A stretch of 32,000 nt of DNA from Synechocystis sp. PCC 6803 substr. PCC-P (GCF_000284455.1 NC_017039.1:960001-992000), one strand, 5' to 3'; shown: positions 1 through 10,016, counted from the first letter of the stretch. Numbers and translations are program-made. Notes: generated from the letters alone by a model not told the origin.

Positions 1-287
1 GGACCTACGGTGGAGGCTTTGCCTTCCCCGACCTTGGTAAAGAAGGTAACGTTCTTGGCATCTTTGCTGGTGTTCAACCCTATGTTTCCGGTTTCACCAA
101 CAATACTTTGGGAACCACCTTTGTAACCACTGCTAACCCTCTGCAAGTTGAATTGTTCTACAAATATCAACTCACCGACAACCTTTCTATAACTCCTGGT
201 GTGATCTGGATCTCCAAGCCTGAACAGACCACCAACGCCACCGACGCCTTCATCGGCACCGTCCGTGGTACCTTCACTTTCTAAGCC
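1..287 (+). CDS. 3' end of an OprB-type outer-membrane porin (partial, truncated by window start)
   Basis: Frame from position 3 reads TYGGGFAFPDLGKEGNVLGIFAGVQPYVSGFTNNTLGTTFVTTANPLQVELFYKYQLTDNLSITPGVIWISKPEQTTNATDAFIGTVRGTFTF*, with alternating beta-strand character and a terminal Phe typical of outer-membrane beta-barrels; resembles cyanobacterial OprB porin C-termini. Confidence 0.85.
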
Positions 288-341
288 TGAGTCCGTCTTC
301 TTAAGACACTTGTTTGAAAGTTAAACTCTAATAACTCTTTA

Positions 342-364
342 ACCCCGCCTCTGGTGGGGTTTTT
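342..364 (+). terminator. Rho-independent-like terminator after the porin gene
   Basis: ACCCCGCC-TCT-GGTGGGGT stem followed by TTTT (aaccccgcctctggtggggtttttcg). Confidence 0.75.
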
Positions 365-410
365 CGTTGTAAGATGCAGGCAGATTTCCCTTCTTGGTGG
401 GCCCTTACCT

Positions 411-1349
411 ATGAAAATTGCCAGTAATATTACAGAGCTAATTGGTCGTACTCCTCTGGTTCGCCTCAATCGCATTCCCCTATTGGAGGGATGTGGGGCC
501 AAGATTGTAGTCAAGTTGGAGGGGATGAATCCAGCGGCTTCGGTAAAGGACCGCATTGGCATTAATATGATTAACCGGGCAGAACAAGAGGGATTAATTG
601 AACCAGGGAAGACTCTGCTGATTGAGCCCACTTCTGGTAATACGGGCATTGCCCTTGCCATGGTGGCCGCAGCCAAGGGTTACCAATTAATTTTGACGAT
701 GCCTGAAACCATGAGCCAAGAACGGCGGGCGATGTTAAAAGCCTATGGAGCAAAACTAGAACTGACCCCGGGGAGTGAAGGGATGGGGGGATGTATTAGA
801 AGAGCCCAAGAATTGGCTGAGAGTTTGCCAAATGCCTATATGTTGCAACAGTTTGATAATCCGGCTAATCCTCAAATTCATCAACAGACTACGGCATTGG
901 AAATTTGGCAAGATACCGATGGAGCCATTGATTTCCTCGTGGCGGGGGTTGGCACTGGTGGGACTATTACCGGGGTGGCTTCTGTGTTAAAAGAAAAAAA
1001 ACCTAGCTTTCAGGCGATCGCCGTAGAACCCCAAAATAGCCCAGTCTTATCAGGGGGTAAGCCGGGGCCGCATAAAATTCAAGGTATTGGGGCGGGCTTT
1101 ATTCCCGAAGTGTTAGATGTAAACCTGATTGACGAAGTGATTGCCGTGACCGATGAAGAGGCGATCGCCTACGGTCGTAGATTAGCCAGGGAAGAAGGAA
1201 TATTATCGGGGATTTCCACTGGAGCAGCTCTGGCGGCGGCCATCAAAGTGGCAAAAAGACCTGCCAATAAAGATAAATTGATTGTCATGATCCAACCCAG
1301 TTTTGGGGAAAGATACCTCAGCACCCCCCTATTTCAGGATTTGGAGTAA
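411..1349 (+). CDS. cysK: Cysteine synthase (O-acetylserine sulfhydrylase), PLP-dependent
   Basis: [22 protein letters not shown]..., PLP lysine motif [23 protein letters not shown] and [10 protein letters not shown]; ATG at 411 fits homologues better than the ORF-track start at 354. Confidence 0.96.
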   Translation: MKIASNITELIGRTPLVRLNRIPLLEGCGAKIVVKLEGMNPAASVKDRIGINMINRAEQEGLIEPGKTLLIEPTSGNTGIALAMVAAAKGYQLILTMPETMSQERRAMLKAYGAKLELTPGSEGMGGCIRRAQELAESLPNAYMLQQFDNPANPQIHQQTTALEIWQDTDGAIDFLVAGVGTGGTITGVASVLKEKKPSFQAIAVEPQNSPVLSGGKPGPHKIQGIGAGFIPEVLDVNLIDEVIAVTDEEAIAYGRRLAREEGILSGISTGAALAAAIKVAKRPANKDKLIVMIQPSFGERYLSTPLFQDLE

Positions 1350-1455
1350 GAACTGAGAAAGAAATTTTTCCTGAAAACTTTGCCAGAAAAAGAAAACTTT
1401 CGGGAATTGTGAGTTATTTTAAAGCGTAAGTGGCCACACAATACGAGCATTCCCC

Positions 1456-2985
1456 ATGGTAACGCTACTCGAAAATCCCTTCCGCACTGGACTCCGTCAA
1501 GAACGCACTCCAGAACCCCTCATTTTGACCATTTTTGGTGCATCCGGGGACCTTACCCAACGGAAATTGGTGCCAGCCATCTACCAAATGAAACGAGAGC
1601 GCCGCTTGCCTCCAGAGTTAACGGTGGTCGGTTTTGCGAGAAGGGACTGGAGCCACGACCATTTTCGTGAGCAGATGCGTAAGGGCATCGAAGAATTTTC
1701 CACCGGCATTGGCAGTGAAGACCTGTGGAATGAGTTTGCCCAGGGTTTATTCTACTGCTCTGGCAATATGGATGACCCAGAAAGCTATCTCAAATTGAAA
1801 AACTTCCTGGGGGAATTGGATGAAAAACGTAACACCAGAGGCAATCGAGTCTTTTATTTAGCTGTTTCCCCCAACTTCTTTCCCCCGGGTATTAAACAAT
1901 TGGGGGCAGCGGGTATGCTGAGTGACCCGGTTAAAAGTCGCATTGTGATCGAAAAGCCCTTTGGTCGGGATTTGAGTTCAGCCCAAAGCTTGAACCGGGT
2001 AGTGCAGAGTGTCTGCAAAGAAAATCAGGTGTATCGCATCGATCATTACCTGGGCAAAGAAACGGTGCAAAATCTGATGGTGTTCCGCTTTGCCAACGCT
2101 ATTTTTGAGCCACTGTGGAACCGTCAGTTTGTTGATCATGTGCAAATTACCGTAGCAGAAACGGTAGGGGTAGAAGAACGAGCCGGTTATTACGAATCCG
2201 CCGGGGCTTTACGAGATATGGTGCAGAATCACCTCATGCAACTGTTTTGTCTCACCGCCATGGACCCCCCCAATGCCATTGACGCGGACAGCATTCGCAA
2301 CGAAAAGGTTAAAGTGTTGCAGGCTACCCGTTTAGCGGATATTAATAATTTGGAAAATGCCGGTATCCGGGGCCAATATAAAGCTGGTTGGATGGGAGGC
2401 AAACCAGTGCCGGGTTATCGAGAAGAACCGGGGGTAGATCCAAGTTCCACCACTCCTACCTTTGCGGCCCTCAAACTGATGGTGGATAACTGGCGTTGGC
2501 AGGGGGTGCCCTTCTATCTACGCACGGGTAAGCGCATGCCTAAAAAAGTGAGTGAAATCGCAATTCAATTCCGGCAAGTACCTCTGTTAATTTTTCAATC
2601 GGTGGCCCACCAAGCTAATCCCAATGTGTTGAGTCTAAGAATTCAGCCCAACGAAGGCATTTCCCTGCGTTTTGAGGCAAAAATGCCCGGTTCAGAACTG
2701 CGTACCCGCACTGTAGATATGGATTTTAGTTATGGTTCATCCTTTGGAGTGGCCGCAGCGGATGCCTATCACCGCCTTTTATTAGATTGTATGTTGGGAG
2801 ACCAAACCCTGTTCACAAGAGCCGACGAGGTAGAAGAAGCTTGGCGAGTAGTAACTCCGGTGTTGTCGGCTTGGGATGCCCCCAGTGATCCTCTTTCCAT
2901 GCCCTTGTACGAAGCTGGAACCTGGGAACCAGCGGAGGCAGAATGGTTAATTAATAAAGATGGCCGTCGCTGGCGCCGACTTTAG
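1456..2985 (+). CDS. zwf: Glucose-6-phosphate 1-dehydrogenase
   Basis: 509 aa; N-terminal [18 protein letters not shown], active-site [14 protein letters not shown]-terminal family features. Confidence 0.97.
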
Positions 2986-3142
2986 ACTGCAACGGTCATC
3001 GAAAGCGATCAAAAAAATCTGTATCAATTTCGTAAACTGTTCTGGGTTTTAAGCCTATTTCTAAGTAAATGGCGATCGCCAGCCAAGATTAGCAAAGACA
3101 GTTTAAAATCGTGAAGAAAAGTTAAGAGCCTTGTCTCCCCCT

Positions 3143-6055
3143 ATGCCCGAACAAAATAGCATCCGTATTCGAGGCGCTAGACAACATAACCTAAAAAATG
3201 TGAATCTAGACCTGCCCCGCGATCGCCTGATTGTGTTTACGGGGGTGTCGGGGTCAGGCAAATCTTCCCTAGCTTTTGACACTATCTTTGCAGAGGGACA
3301 ACGGCGTTATGTGGAATCCCTCAGTGCTTACGCCCGACAGTTTTTGGGGCAGTTGGATAAGCCTGATGTGGACAGCATCGAAGGGTTGAGTCCGGCTATT
3401 TCCATCGATCAGAAATCCACTTCCCACAATCCCCGCTCCACCGTGGGTACGGTAACGGAAATTTACGACTACCTCCGTCTGTTATTTGGCAGGGCTGGCA
3501 GTCCCCATTGTCCCCACTGCCAACGGAATATTGCCCCCCAAACCATTGACCAAATGTGTGATCGGGTGATGGAGTTACCGGACAGAACTAAGTTTCAAAT
3601 TCTTGCTCCGGTGGTAAAGGGCAAAAAAGGGACCCATGTGCAACTACTTTCTAGCTTAGTTTCCCAAGGCTTTGTGCGGGTAAGAATTAACGGCGAAGTG
3701 CGAGAATTAAGTGACAATATTGAATTAAAAAAGAACCAAGCCCACACCATTGAAATAGTTATTGATCGCCTGATCAAAAAAGAAGGTTTACAGGAACGAT
3801 TGGTAGACTCACTCAGTACTTGTTTGAAGCAAGCAGAAGGCACCGCCATTATTGACATTTTGGACAAGCCAACGCTGGCAGTGTTAGATGGAGGTAAAAA
3901 AGACGACAAAGAAGCATTAAAAGCGGCAGAAAACGGCCAGGCTTACCATGCAGAGTTACCCAAGGAAATTATCTTTTCAGAAAACTTTGCCTGTCCAGAA
4001 CATGGGGCGGTGATGGATGAACTTTCCCCCCGCTTATTTTCTTTCAACTCCCCCTACGGTGCTTGTCCCGATTGCCATGGAATTGGCTTTGTGCGGTCTT
4101 TTTGCCCAGATTTGGTCATTCCTGATCCCGAAAAACCAGTGTATGTGGCGATCGCCCCCTGGTCAGAAAAAGATAATTCCTATTACTTGTCGTTACTGTA
4201 CAGTTTAGGACAGCATTTTGATTTTCAGTTACAAACTCCCTGGAAAAAGCTAACCAAAGAGCAAAAGGAAATAATTTTATACGGCACAGAAGAAGAAATT
4301 TGGTTTGAAGGGGAATCCCGTTACCGCAATAAACAAGGTTATTATCGTCGTTTTGCTGGAGCATTAAATATCCTGCAAAAAAATTATGATGAAACCAATT
4401 CCGATGCCATTAAGCAAAAGTTAGAAAAATATATTATTAATCAACCCTGTCACACCTGTGGCGGCAAAAGGTTAAAGCCAGAAGCATTAGCAGTAAAACT
4501 AGGGCAGTACAACATTAACAATTTAACCAGTGTGCCCATCCGCCAGACCCTGGAACGGATTGAAAATCTAGAGTTGACTTCCCGGCAAGCCATGATTGGG
4601 GAATTGGCGTTAAAGGAAATCAAAGCCCGTTTGCAATTTCTCCTGGACGTAGGTTTGGATTATCTGACCCTCGACCGGGCCGCCATGACTCTATCTGGCG
4701 GAGAAGCCCAACGGATTCGCCTGGCCACCCAAATTGGTTCCGGTCTCACCGGAGTTTTATACGTTTTGGATGAACCAAGCATTGGTTTGCATCAACGGGA
4801 CAACAATCGCCTGTTGGCCACTCTGACTAAGTTAAGGGATCTGGGCAATACGTTAATTGTGGTGGAGCATGATGAAGATACTATCCGCCACGCCGATTAT
4901 ATTGTTGACATTGGTCCGAAGGCGGGCATCCATGGTGGAGAAATTGTCTGTCAGGGGGATTTTCAGACTCTACTAAAAAATCAAAGGTCTCTTACTGGGG
5001 CTTACCTATCCGGTCGGGAGGCGATCGCCACTCCGGAGGAACGGAGAAATGGCAACGGAGCCAAGTTAACCCTCCAAGGTTGTTGCCATAATAATTTGCG
5101 TAATATTGATGTGACCATTCCCCTGGGCAAACTGGTGTGTGTTACAGGGGTATCCGGTTCCGGCAAGTCCACCCTAGTCAATGAATTGCTCCATCCGGCT
5201 CTGCAACATTATCTTTCTCGCCAAGTAGCTTTTCCCAAGAATTTAGGGGAAATCACCGGCCTCCAGGCGATCGATAAAGTCATTGTCATTGACCAATCCC
5301 CCATTGGCCGCACTCCCCGCTCCAACCCCGCCACCTATACAGGTATTTTTGACTCCATTCGAGAAATTTTCACCCAAACCATTGAAGCTAAAGCTAGGGG
5401 TTATAAGCCGGGACAATTTTCTTTCAACGTCAAAGGGGGACGCTGTGAAGCCTGCGCTGGTCAGGGAGTTAACGTGATTGAAATGAATTTTTTGCCCGAT
5501 GTGTATGTGCAATGTGATGTGTGCAAAGGAGCCAGATATAACCGGGAAACGTTGCAGGTGAAGTATAAAGGTCATTCCATTGCCGATGTGTTGGCCATGA
5601 CCACCGAGGAAGCCCTGACAGTGTTTGAGAATATTCCCAGGGCAGTAAATCGCCTGCAAACCTTGGTAGATGTGGGTTTGGGTTACATCAAACTGGGTCA
5701 ACCGGCCCCCACTTTATCCGGGGGAGAAGCCCAACGGGTCAAACTAGCTTCCGAGTTATCTCGCCGGGCCACGGGCAAAACTTTGTATTTAATTGATGAA
5801 CCCACCACCGGGCTATCTTTTTATGATGTCCACCATTTGCTCAACGTTTTGCAAAGACTAGTGGATAAAGGCAATTCTGTTTTAGTCATTGAACATAACC
5901 TGGATGTAATCCGCTGTAGCGATTGGATTATTGATCTGGGCCCCGAAGGTGGCGATCGGGGTGGAAAAATTATGGTTGCAGGAACCCCGGAAACAGTGGC
6001 GCAACATCCAAGTTCTTACACAGGGAAATATTTAGCGAAGGTATTGCAATCTTAA
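3143..6055 (+). CDS. uvrA: Excinuclease ABC subunit A
   Basis: MPEQNSIRIRGARQHNLKNVNLDLPRDRLIVFTGVSGSGKSSLAFDTIFAEGQRRYVESLSAYARQFL; two ABC signatures, Zn-finger CxxC motifs, second Walker A GVSGSGKSTL. ORF track starts at TTG 3131; ATG 3143 is the likelier start. Confidence 0.98.
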   Translation: MPEQNSIRIRGARQHNLKNVNLDLPRDRLIVFTGVSGSGKSSLAFDTIFAEGQRRYVESLSAYARQFLGQLDKPDVDSIEGLSPAISIDQKSTSHNPRSTVGTVTEIYDYLRLLFGRAGSPHCPHCQRNIAPQTIDQMCDRVMELPDRTKFQILAPVVKGKKGTHVQLLSSLVSQGFVRVRINGEVRELSDNIELKKNQAHTIEIVIDRLIKKEGLQERLVDSLSTCLKQAEGTAIIDILDKPTLAVLDGGKKDDKEALKAAENGQAYHAELPKEIIFSENFACPEHGAVMDELSPRLFSFNSPYGACPDCHGIGFVRSFCPDLVIPDPEKPVYVAIAPWSEKDNSYYLSLLYSLGQHFDFQLQTPWKKLTKEQKEIILYGTEEEIWFEGESRYRNKQGYYRRFAGALNILQKNYDETNSDAIKQKLEKYIINQPCHTCGGKRLKPEALAVKLGQYNINNLTSVPIRQTLERIENLELTSRQAMIGELALKEIKARLQFLLDVGLDYLTLDRAAMTLSGGEAQRIRLATQIGSGLTGVLYVLDEPSIGLHQRDNNRLLATLTKLRDLGNTLIVVEHDEDTIRHADYIVDIGPKAGIHGGEIVCQGDFQTLLKNQRSLTGAYLSGREAIATPEERRNGNGAKLTLQGCCHNNLRNIDVTIPLGKLVCVTGVSGSGKSTLVNELLHPALQHYLSRQVAFPKNLGEITGLQAIDKVIVIDQSPIGRTPRSNPATYTGIFDSIREIFTQTIEAKARGYKPGQFSFNVKGGRCEACAGQGVNVIEMNFLPDVYVQCDVCKGARYNRETLQVKYKGHSIADVLAMTTEEALTVFENIPRAVNRLQTLVDVGLGYIKLGQPAPTLSGGEAQRVKLASELSRRATGKTLYLIDEPTTGLSFYDVHHLLNVLQRLVDKGNSVLVIEHNLDVIRCSDWIIDLGPEGGDRGGKIMVAGTPETVAQHPSSYTGKYLAKVLQS

Positions 6056-6192
6056 ATGTGAGAAAAACTTAAATATATTTTCACTATTTAATCTAAAGTC
6101 ACTGTTGACCGGGTCGCACCGGACAGATCAACTTCACCAAACCGCAAAACCTGTGACTTCGTGTGCAACGGTTTTTTATTTGACAGTTTAGG

Positions 6193-7728
6193 TCAAGATG
6201 CGTCTCGTGGTTCTTTCAAGTTCAACGCACGGATTAAACCATCATGCACTTTATAAAGGTCAGATTCAATAAACCCTTGTGATGGATAAAAACAGCGATA
6301 GCGCCAAGTGGTAGACGCTCCAATCTTAAAGCCGACCACTGAGTTGTCAAAAAGAAAACGGAGATCGTCCAGAATTCCAGTTTGCGTAAATTCAACCCCC
6401 AGTGCCCTTAGCTGCGATTCCAATTCGGCACGAGTGAATTGAGTTGATGCATGGTTTTGAATTGCAGAAAGTAACTTTACAATATGCGAGTACTGGATAA
6501 ACCATTCATCGAGTAGTTCCTGACGAAGCCATTCAGAATATCCTGGTTCGGCTGTGTAAATTGCTTCAACGGGCAGATGATCGAAATTAGCTGGGGTTTC
6601 TTCGAAAGGATCATTAACGCTTTCCTTCACAGCATCAATTGTACGGCTCAAGAAACAAATCATATCTCTTGGGCGCATCATGGTTCGTTTCAAGAGGTAG
6701 TTGGAAGGTTTTGAGCGCTGCCGCATCTCGTTTTTGTCAAATAATCCATCTAAATCCTCCACCGCATCCACGTCGTTTTTTTGTGCAAAATAAGAAAGGC
6801 GACGCAACAAGAGCTTAAAAAGGTCGTCACGATCCCACTTAAGCAGAGCGCCACAGTCTTCACGTAGTTTGTTAGAGTCGTTCAGTGGCAGTACGGAAAA
6901 GATATCCTCACGGAGGAAAATGATAGGTCGAACCACGCCATTATACTTTGCTGTTAGAGAGTCAGATGCGGACACTAGGCCAGCAAGGACTTTCCGCGAT
7001 ACATCGAGAGAGACATTATCCCAGGCCTCATCGACCCGATCAAAGCAGATAACTGTTCGATATTCACAAGGTTGAATTTTCGCAAGTGCGGCTTCCAGAT
7101 AAGCAATTATATTGCTAACGTTCTGGGCTAATGCAGTGCGGATGTCATTGTCTGCCGAAACTTCTTCAAAAGACAACTCACCGCCAGAAACTTCCACGGA
7201 GTCAAAGCTGCCATCTTCCAGGTCCAACCCTGCTCTTGGTAACTTTACCTTCGAAAGTCCGAGTAACTTCCGCCCAATTAATTGGTAAACCGATGGCAGA
7301 GGATGATCGAACAGTTTCTCAAGCAGGGTTTGGGCTTTTGCAATTGGTTGAGGGACTGTAACACCGTCCTTGGCGCAACGAGAGGCGTAAGCCTTGATAA
7401 CTTCGACTAAAATCACGAATCGCCAAGAGTGCTTATATGCGAGTGATTCGGCCGTTTCACTATTACTTAGTAGAGAATGTACTTTCCAGTTGTAATCCTC
7501 AAACGAAAGAGAAACAAGTATATCTTTATCACTAAGATACTGATGAGGGTTCTCTTTCAGATATCTGAAAACCGCAGTCTTGCCTGCTCCCTTTCTTCCC
7601 AGTACCAAAAATGATGACTTATTTGTGAGTACTGAATTCAAAACACCGTTATCATAGAAGTAATTGACGAGCTCGTCGTCTCGCTCAGCAGAAACCTTGC
7701 CAACATTTATCCATTTAAGAACGCTCAT
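6193..7728 (-). CDS. Large stand-alone P-loop ATPase of the Sll1717 type (STAND/ORC-like), possible defence or stress role, function unknown
   Basis: Walker A FLVLGRKGAGKTAVFR, Walker B-like RTVICFDRVDEAWDN, C-terminal winged-helix-like segment; ATG at 7728. Recognised as resembling the protein that names the 'P-loop ATPase, Sll1717 family'. Confidence 0.85.
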   Translation of the reverse strand: MSVLKWINVGKVSAERDDELVNYFYDNGVLNSVLTNKSSFLVLGRKGAGKTAVFRYLKENPHQYLSDKDILVSLSFEDYNWKVHSLLSNSETAESLAYKHSWRFVILVEVIKAYASRCAKDGVTVPQPIAKAQTLLEKLFDHPLPSVYQLIGRKLLGLSKVKLPRAGLDLEDGSFDSVEVSGGELSFEEVSADNDIRTALAQNVSNIIAYLEAALAKIQPCEYRTVICFDRVDEAWDNVSLDVSRKVLAGLVSASDSLTAKYNGVVRPIIFLREDIFSVLPLNDSNKLREDCGALLKWDRDDLFKLLLRRLSYFAQKNDVDAVEDLDGLFDKNEMRQRSKPSNYLLKRTMMRPRDMICFLSRTIDAVKESVNDPFEETPANFDHLPVEAIYTAEPGYSEWLRQELLDEWFIQYSHIVKLLSAIQNHASTQFTRAELESQLRALGVEFTQTGILDDLRFLFDNSVVGFKIGASTTWRYRCFYPSQGFIESDLYKVHDGLIRALNLKEPRDAS

Positions 7729-7803
7729 GTACTTCGATTGTCCTCAGAAGGTAGTCAAATAACTAACGACCATGCAGCAGGTGCGATATGCTCACTCCTC
7801 TTA

Positions 7804-8674
7804 GAAAGTGTTTGAAAAGTTTTAAGCAAGCCTTTGAAGCATGAGATGAACCATGGCAACATAGAGCATTGTCTCACTGGTAGTAGGTAAATATTCATAA
7901 TCCTTGCTTAAACGACGATAGCGGCCAAACCAAGCAAAGGTGCGCTCGACTACCCAACGGCGGGGTAGGACTTCAAAGCCTTTTTGTCCCTGCTTTTTGC
8001 TGACGACATTCAAATTCCAACCAAAAGTATGCTCCACCCAATAGATAAAATCCTTTCCGCCAAAGGTGCTATCAGTCCATATAACTTGCAGGCACTGCCA
8101 AAGGGGAGCAAACCAGGTAGCAAGTAGAATCAGACCCTGATGGTCGGAGCGATGGGCACCATGGACGACAACATCGAGAAGTAATCCCATGGTATCCACG
8201 AGGATTGTACGTTTACGACCATTGACCTTTTTTCCGCCGTCATAGCCAGTTTCTTGGCCAGTTCCAGCCTTTTTAAGTGACTGTGAATCTAAACAACCGG
8301 CACTAGGGTGAGTATTTCTTCCAGCTTTGAGCCGAACTTTCTCACGGAAGATACGGTTTAATTTTTTCCAGGTACCATCTTCGTGCCATTGCTGGAAATA
8401 ACCATAGACCGTTCGCCATTTAGGAAAATCATGGGGCAGAAGTCGCCAGGCACACCCCGTTCTGAACATGTAAAAAATAGCATTGAGTATCTCCCGCAGA
8501 CTAGTTTTCCGTTTTCTTCCCCCAGTTTTTGCTTTGGGTAAATGAGGTTCTACCAATTGCCACTGGCTATCAGTGATGTCCGTGCTGTAAAATTCCCGGA
8601 TTATCATTAATTATGGTGAAAATTTTATTCTTTTCACCATTTTCCATTCTTCACCCTACTTTTCAAACACGCTC
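7804..8674 (-). mobile_element. IS5-family insertion sequence, complete (~871 bp) with terminal inverted repeats and TA flanks
   Basis: Left end TA|GAAAGTGTTTGAAAAGT (TA at 7802-7803); right end ACTTTTCAAACACGCTC|TA (TA at 8675-8676). TIRs match at 15/17 positions and enclose one intact transposase ORF. Confidence 0.85.
7822..8607 (-). CDS. IS5-family transposase, single ORF, DDE type
   Basis: 261 aa: DSQWQLVEPHLPKAKTGGRKRKTSLREILNAIFYMFRTGCAWRLLPHDFPKWRTVYGYFQQW ... VDTMGLLLDVVVHGAHRSD ... RWVVERTFAWFGRYRRLSKDYEYL, typical of the IS5/DUF4096-DDE_Tnp_1 group. Confidence 0.95.
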   Translation of the reverse strand: MIIREFYSTDITDSQWQLVEPHLPKAKTGGRKRKTSLREILNAIFYMFRTGCAWRLLPHDFPKWRTVYGYFQQWHEDGTWKKLNRIFREKVRLKAGRNTHPSAGCLDSQSLKKAGTGQETGYDGGKKVNGRKRTILVDTMGLLLDVVVHGAHRSDHQGLILLATWFAPLWQCLQVIWTDSTFGGKDFIYWVEHTFGWNLNVVSKKQGQKGFEVLPRRWVVERTFAWFGRYRRLSKDYEYLPTTSETMLYVAMVHLMLQRLA

Positions 8675-8741
8675 TAAGAGCTTAGCAGTAGGAAAGATTT
8701 TTGAGTCACCATAAGGGTATTGCGGCCATTGACTGCTGTGA

Positions 8742-9155
8742 TTAATCCCTTAATAGTGCCCGAAATCCTGCCTGCTGAAAATGGATATCGGCAGTCAGTA
8801 CATCAGTGATTCCTCGATCCTGCATCACGATGAATGATATGCAGTCCACTAAACCCCATTCCTTGTCTTCTCGTTGCTTAAACAAATTAAATGCTGATTT
8901 GTATAGACTGTTAGTTAATAGAACGACTTCAACACTGGGATCAGTTTCCAGGGATTCTAAAAGTTGGATTGCCGCTTTTCTATATCTTTGCTTAGAAAGC
9001 GCATTGCCTATCTCTAGCAAGATACCTTGGGTTGTTACTAGACGAATTTTGTTAGCCTCAATTTGATTAGCAAGCTGAATAGCCCGTACATGATTTTGAT
9101 CAGTGATGGAAGATAATGCGATCGCAAAAGATGTATCTAAAAAAACTTCAGTCAT
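8742..9155 (-). CDS. PIN-domain toxin (VapC-like)
   Basis: MTEVFLDTSFAIALSSITDQNHVRAIQLANQI ... LLEIGNAL ... REDKEWGLVDCISFIVMQDRGITDVLTADIHFQQAGF; conserved PIN acidic residues (LDTS, E, GLVDC, TAD). ATG at 9155 overlaps the upstream antitoxin ORF by 8 nt (ATGACTGA). Confidence 0.9.
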   Translation of the reverse strand: MTEVFLDTSFAIALSSITDQNHVRAIQLANQIEANKIRLVTTQGILLEIGNALSKQRYRKAAIQLLESLETDPSVEVVLLTNSLYKSAFNLFKQREDKEWGLVDCISFIVMQDRGITDVLTADIHFQQAGFRALLRD

Positions 9156-9387
9156 TGTCAGAAAGAGTTTCCCCATACAAATATTGATCAATTTTCTCTG
9201 ACCAATCAGGTTCACCCTGTAATTTTAAAGACTGAGCAGTTTGAAGAAACGTTTTAGGTGCTTTTACTTCATTTGGTAGAACACTTTCAACAACAATTCG
9301 CACCCTCGTACCTGCGGCAAGGTTTAAGGGAACTTCCAATTGAAGAGCTGTGCCGTCAAATACGGCTTCGAGTTCTTGAAGCATCAT
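9148..9387 (-). CDS. Antitoxin-like protein (AF2212/DUF104-like, VapB partner)
   Basis: MMLQELEAVFDGTALQLEVPLNLAAGTRVRIVVESV..., the short beta-rich N-terminus typical of DUF104/AF2212 antitoxins; translationally coupled to the PIN toxin. ORF-track start at 9552 is probably too far upstream. Confidence 0.75.
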   Translation of the reverse strand: MMLQELEAVFDGTALQLEVPLNLAAGTRVRIVVESVLPNEVKAPKTFLQTAQSLKLQGEPDWSEKIDQYLYGETLSDND

Positions 9388-9567
9388 TTTATAAAAGCTG
9401 TGGACTTTTTTCAGTATAGCCTGACCTTCTTTTGTATTATCAAGACTTGAACGCTGAGTTGAAATCAAGCTCAATAGATACTGCTTTCTCAATTTCTTCC
9501 CAGTAAATATCTTCCAGGATGCCCTGTTTGTTCTTAATTCTCTGAGCATCAACAGCCCTTAGTTGGC

Positions 9568-9726
9568 TTAAGTTAATGTGGCGATCGCCATCTCGATGAT
9601 TGCTTCAACGGGATAATCAATTTCCGTGGCACGAGCAGTTAGGGCATCTTGAATCCGATCTGGTAAACACCTTAAAATAATTTCTGCATCAGCGGACGAA
9701 ATTTGCTCCGAAAATTTCACTTGCAC
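9568..9726 (-). CDS. Small ORF, ~52 aa, possibly a truncated ribbon-helix-helix-like antitoxin component
   Basis: GTG-start reading (V)QVKFSEQISSADAEIILRCLPDRIQDALTARATEIDYPVEAIIEMAIATLT*; below the 60-aa cut-off of the provided track. Confidence 0.4.
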   Translation of the reverse strand: MQVKFSEQISSADAEIILRCLPDRIQDALTARATEIDYPVEAIIEMAIATLT

Positions 9727-9729
9727 GGC

Positions 9730-9957
9730 CTAGGACTCCATAGGAATTTGGACATTGCACGGCGGCTCAGTTGTCCTTAAAATAATCGCCTCCAGTTCCA
9801 ATAATAACCTAGGGTTTTTTGAGTAAGGTATAAGGAATAACGTTTGAAGACTATCGGTTGAACCCAAGTTAGGTAAATATAATCTTTGCCGGATAGCTTC
9901 ATTACTCTGCAAGCAGGTTTTTATTATTCCTAATTGCTCTTGTATCGGTCTAGGCAT
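9730..9957 (-). CDS. Small hypothetical protein
   Basis: 75-aa ORF MPRPIQEQLGIIKTCLQSNEAIRQRLYL...; no recognisable domain, coding status uncertain. Confidence 0.35.
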   Translation of the reverse strand: MPRPIQEQLGIIKTCLQSNEAIRQRLYLPNLGSTDSLQTLFLIPYSKNPRLLLELEAIILRTTEPPCNVQIPMES

Positions 9958-10016
9958 TGAACACCTGAAAGCATGCCATTGATGGAGCTACTCCGATCTT
10001 TTAAATATTTTTGTAT

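Noticed and set aside
5243-5701. 152-aa minus-strand ORF inside uvrA
   Set aside because: Fully contained in the conserved uvrA coding region; composition is that of a reverse-strand shadow.
8806-9066. Plus-strand ORF (86 aa) opposite the PIN toxin
   Set aside because: Antisense shadow of a well-supported minus-strand PIN ORF; no family resemblance.
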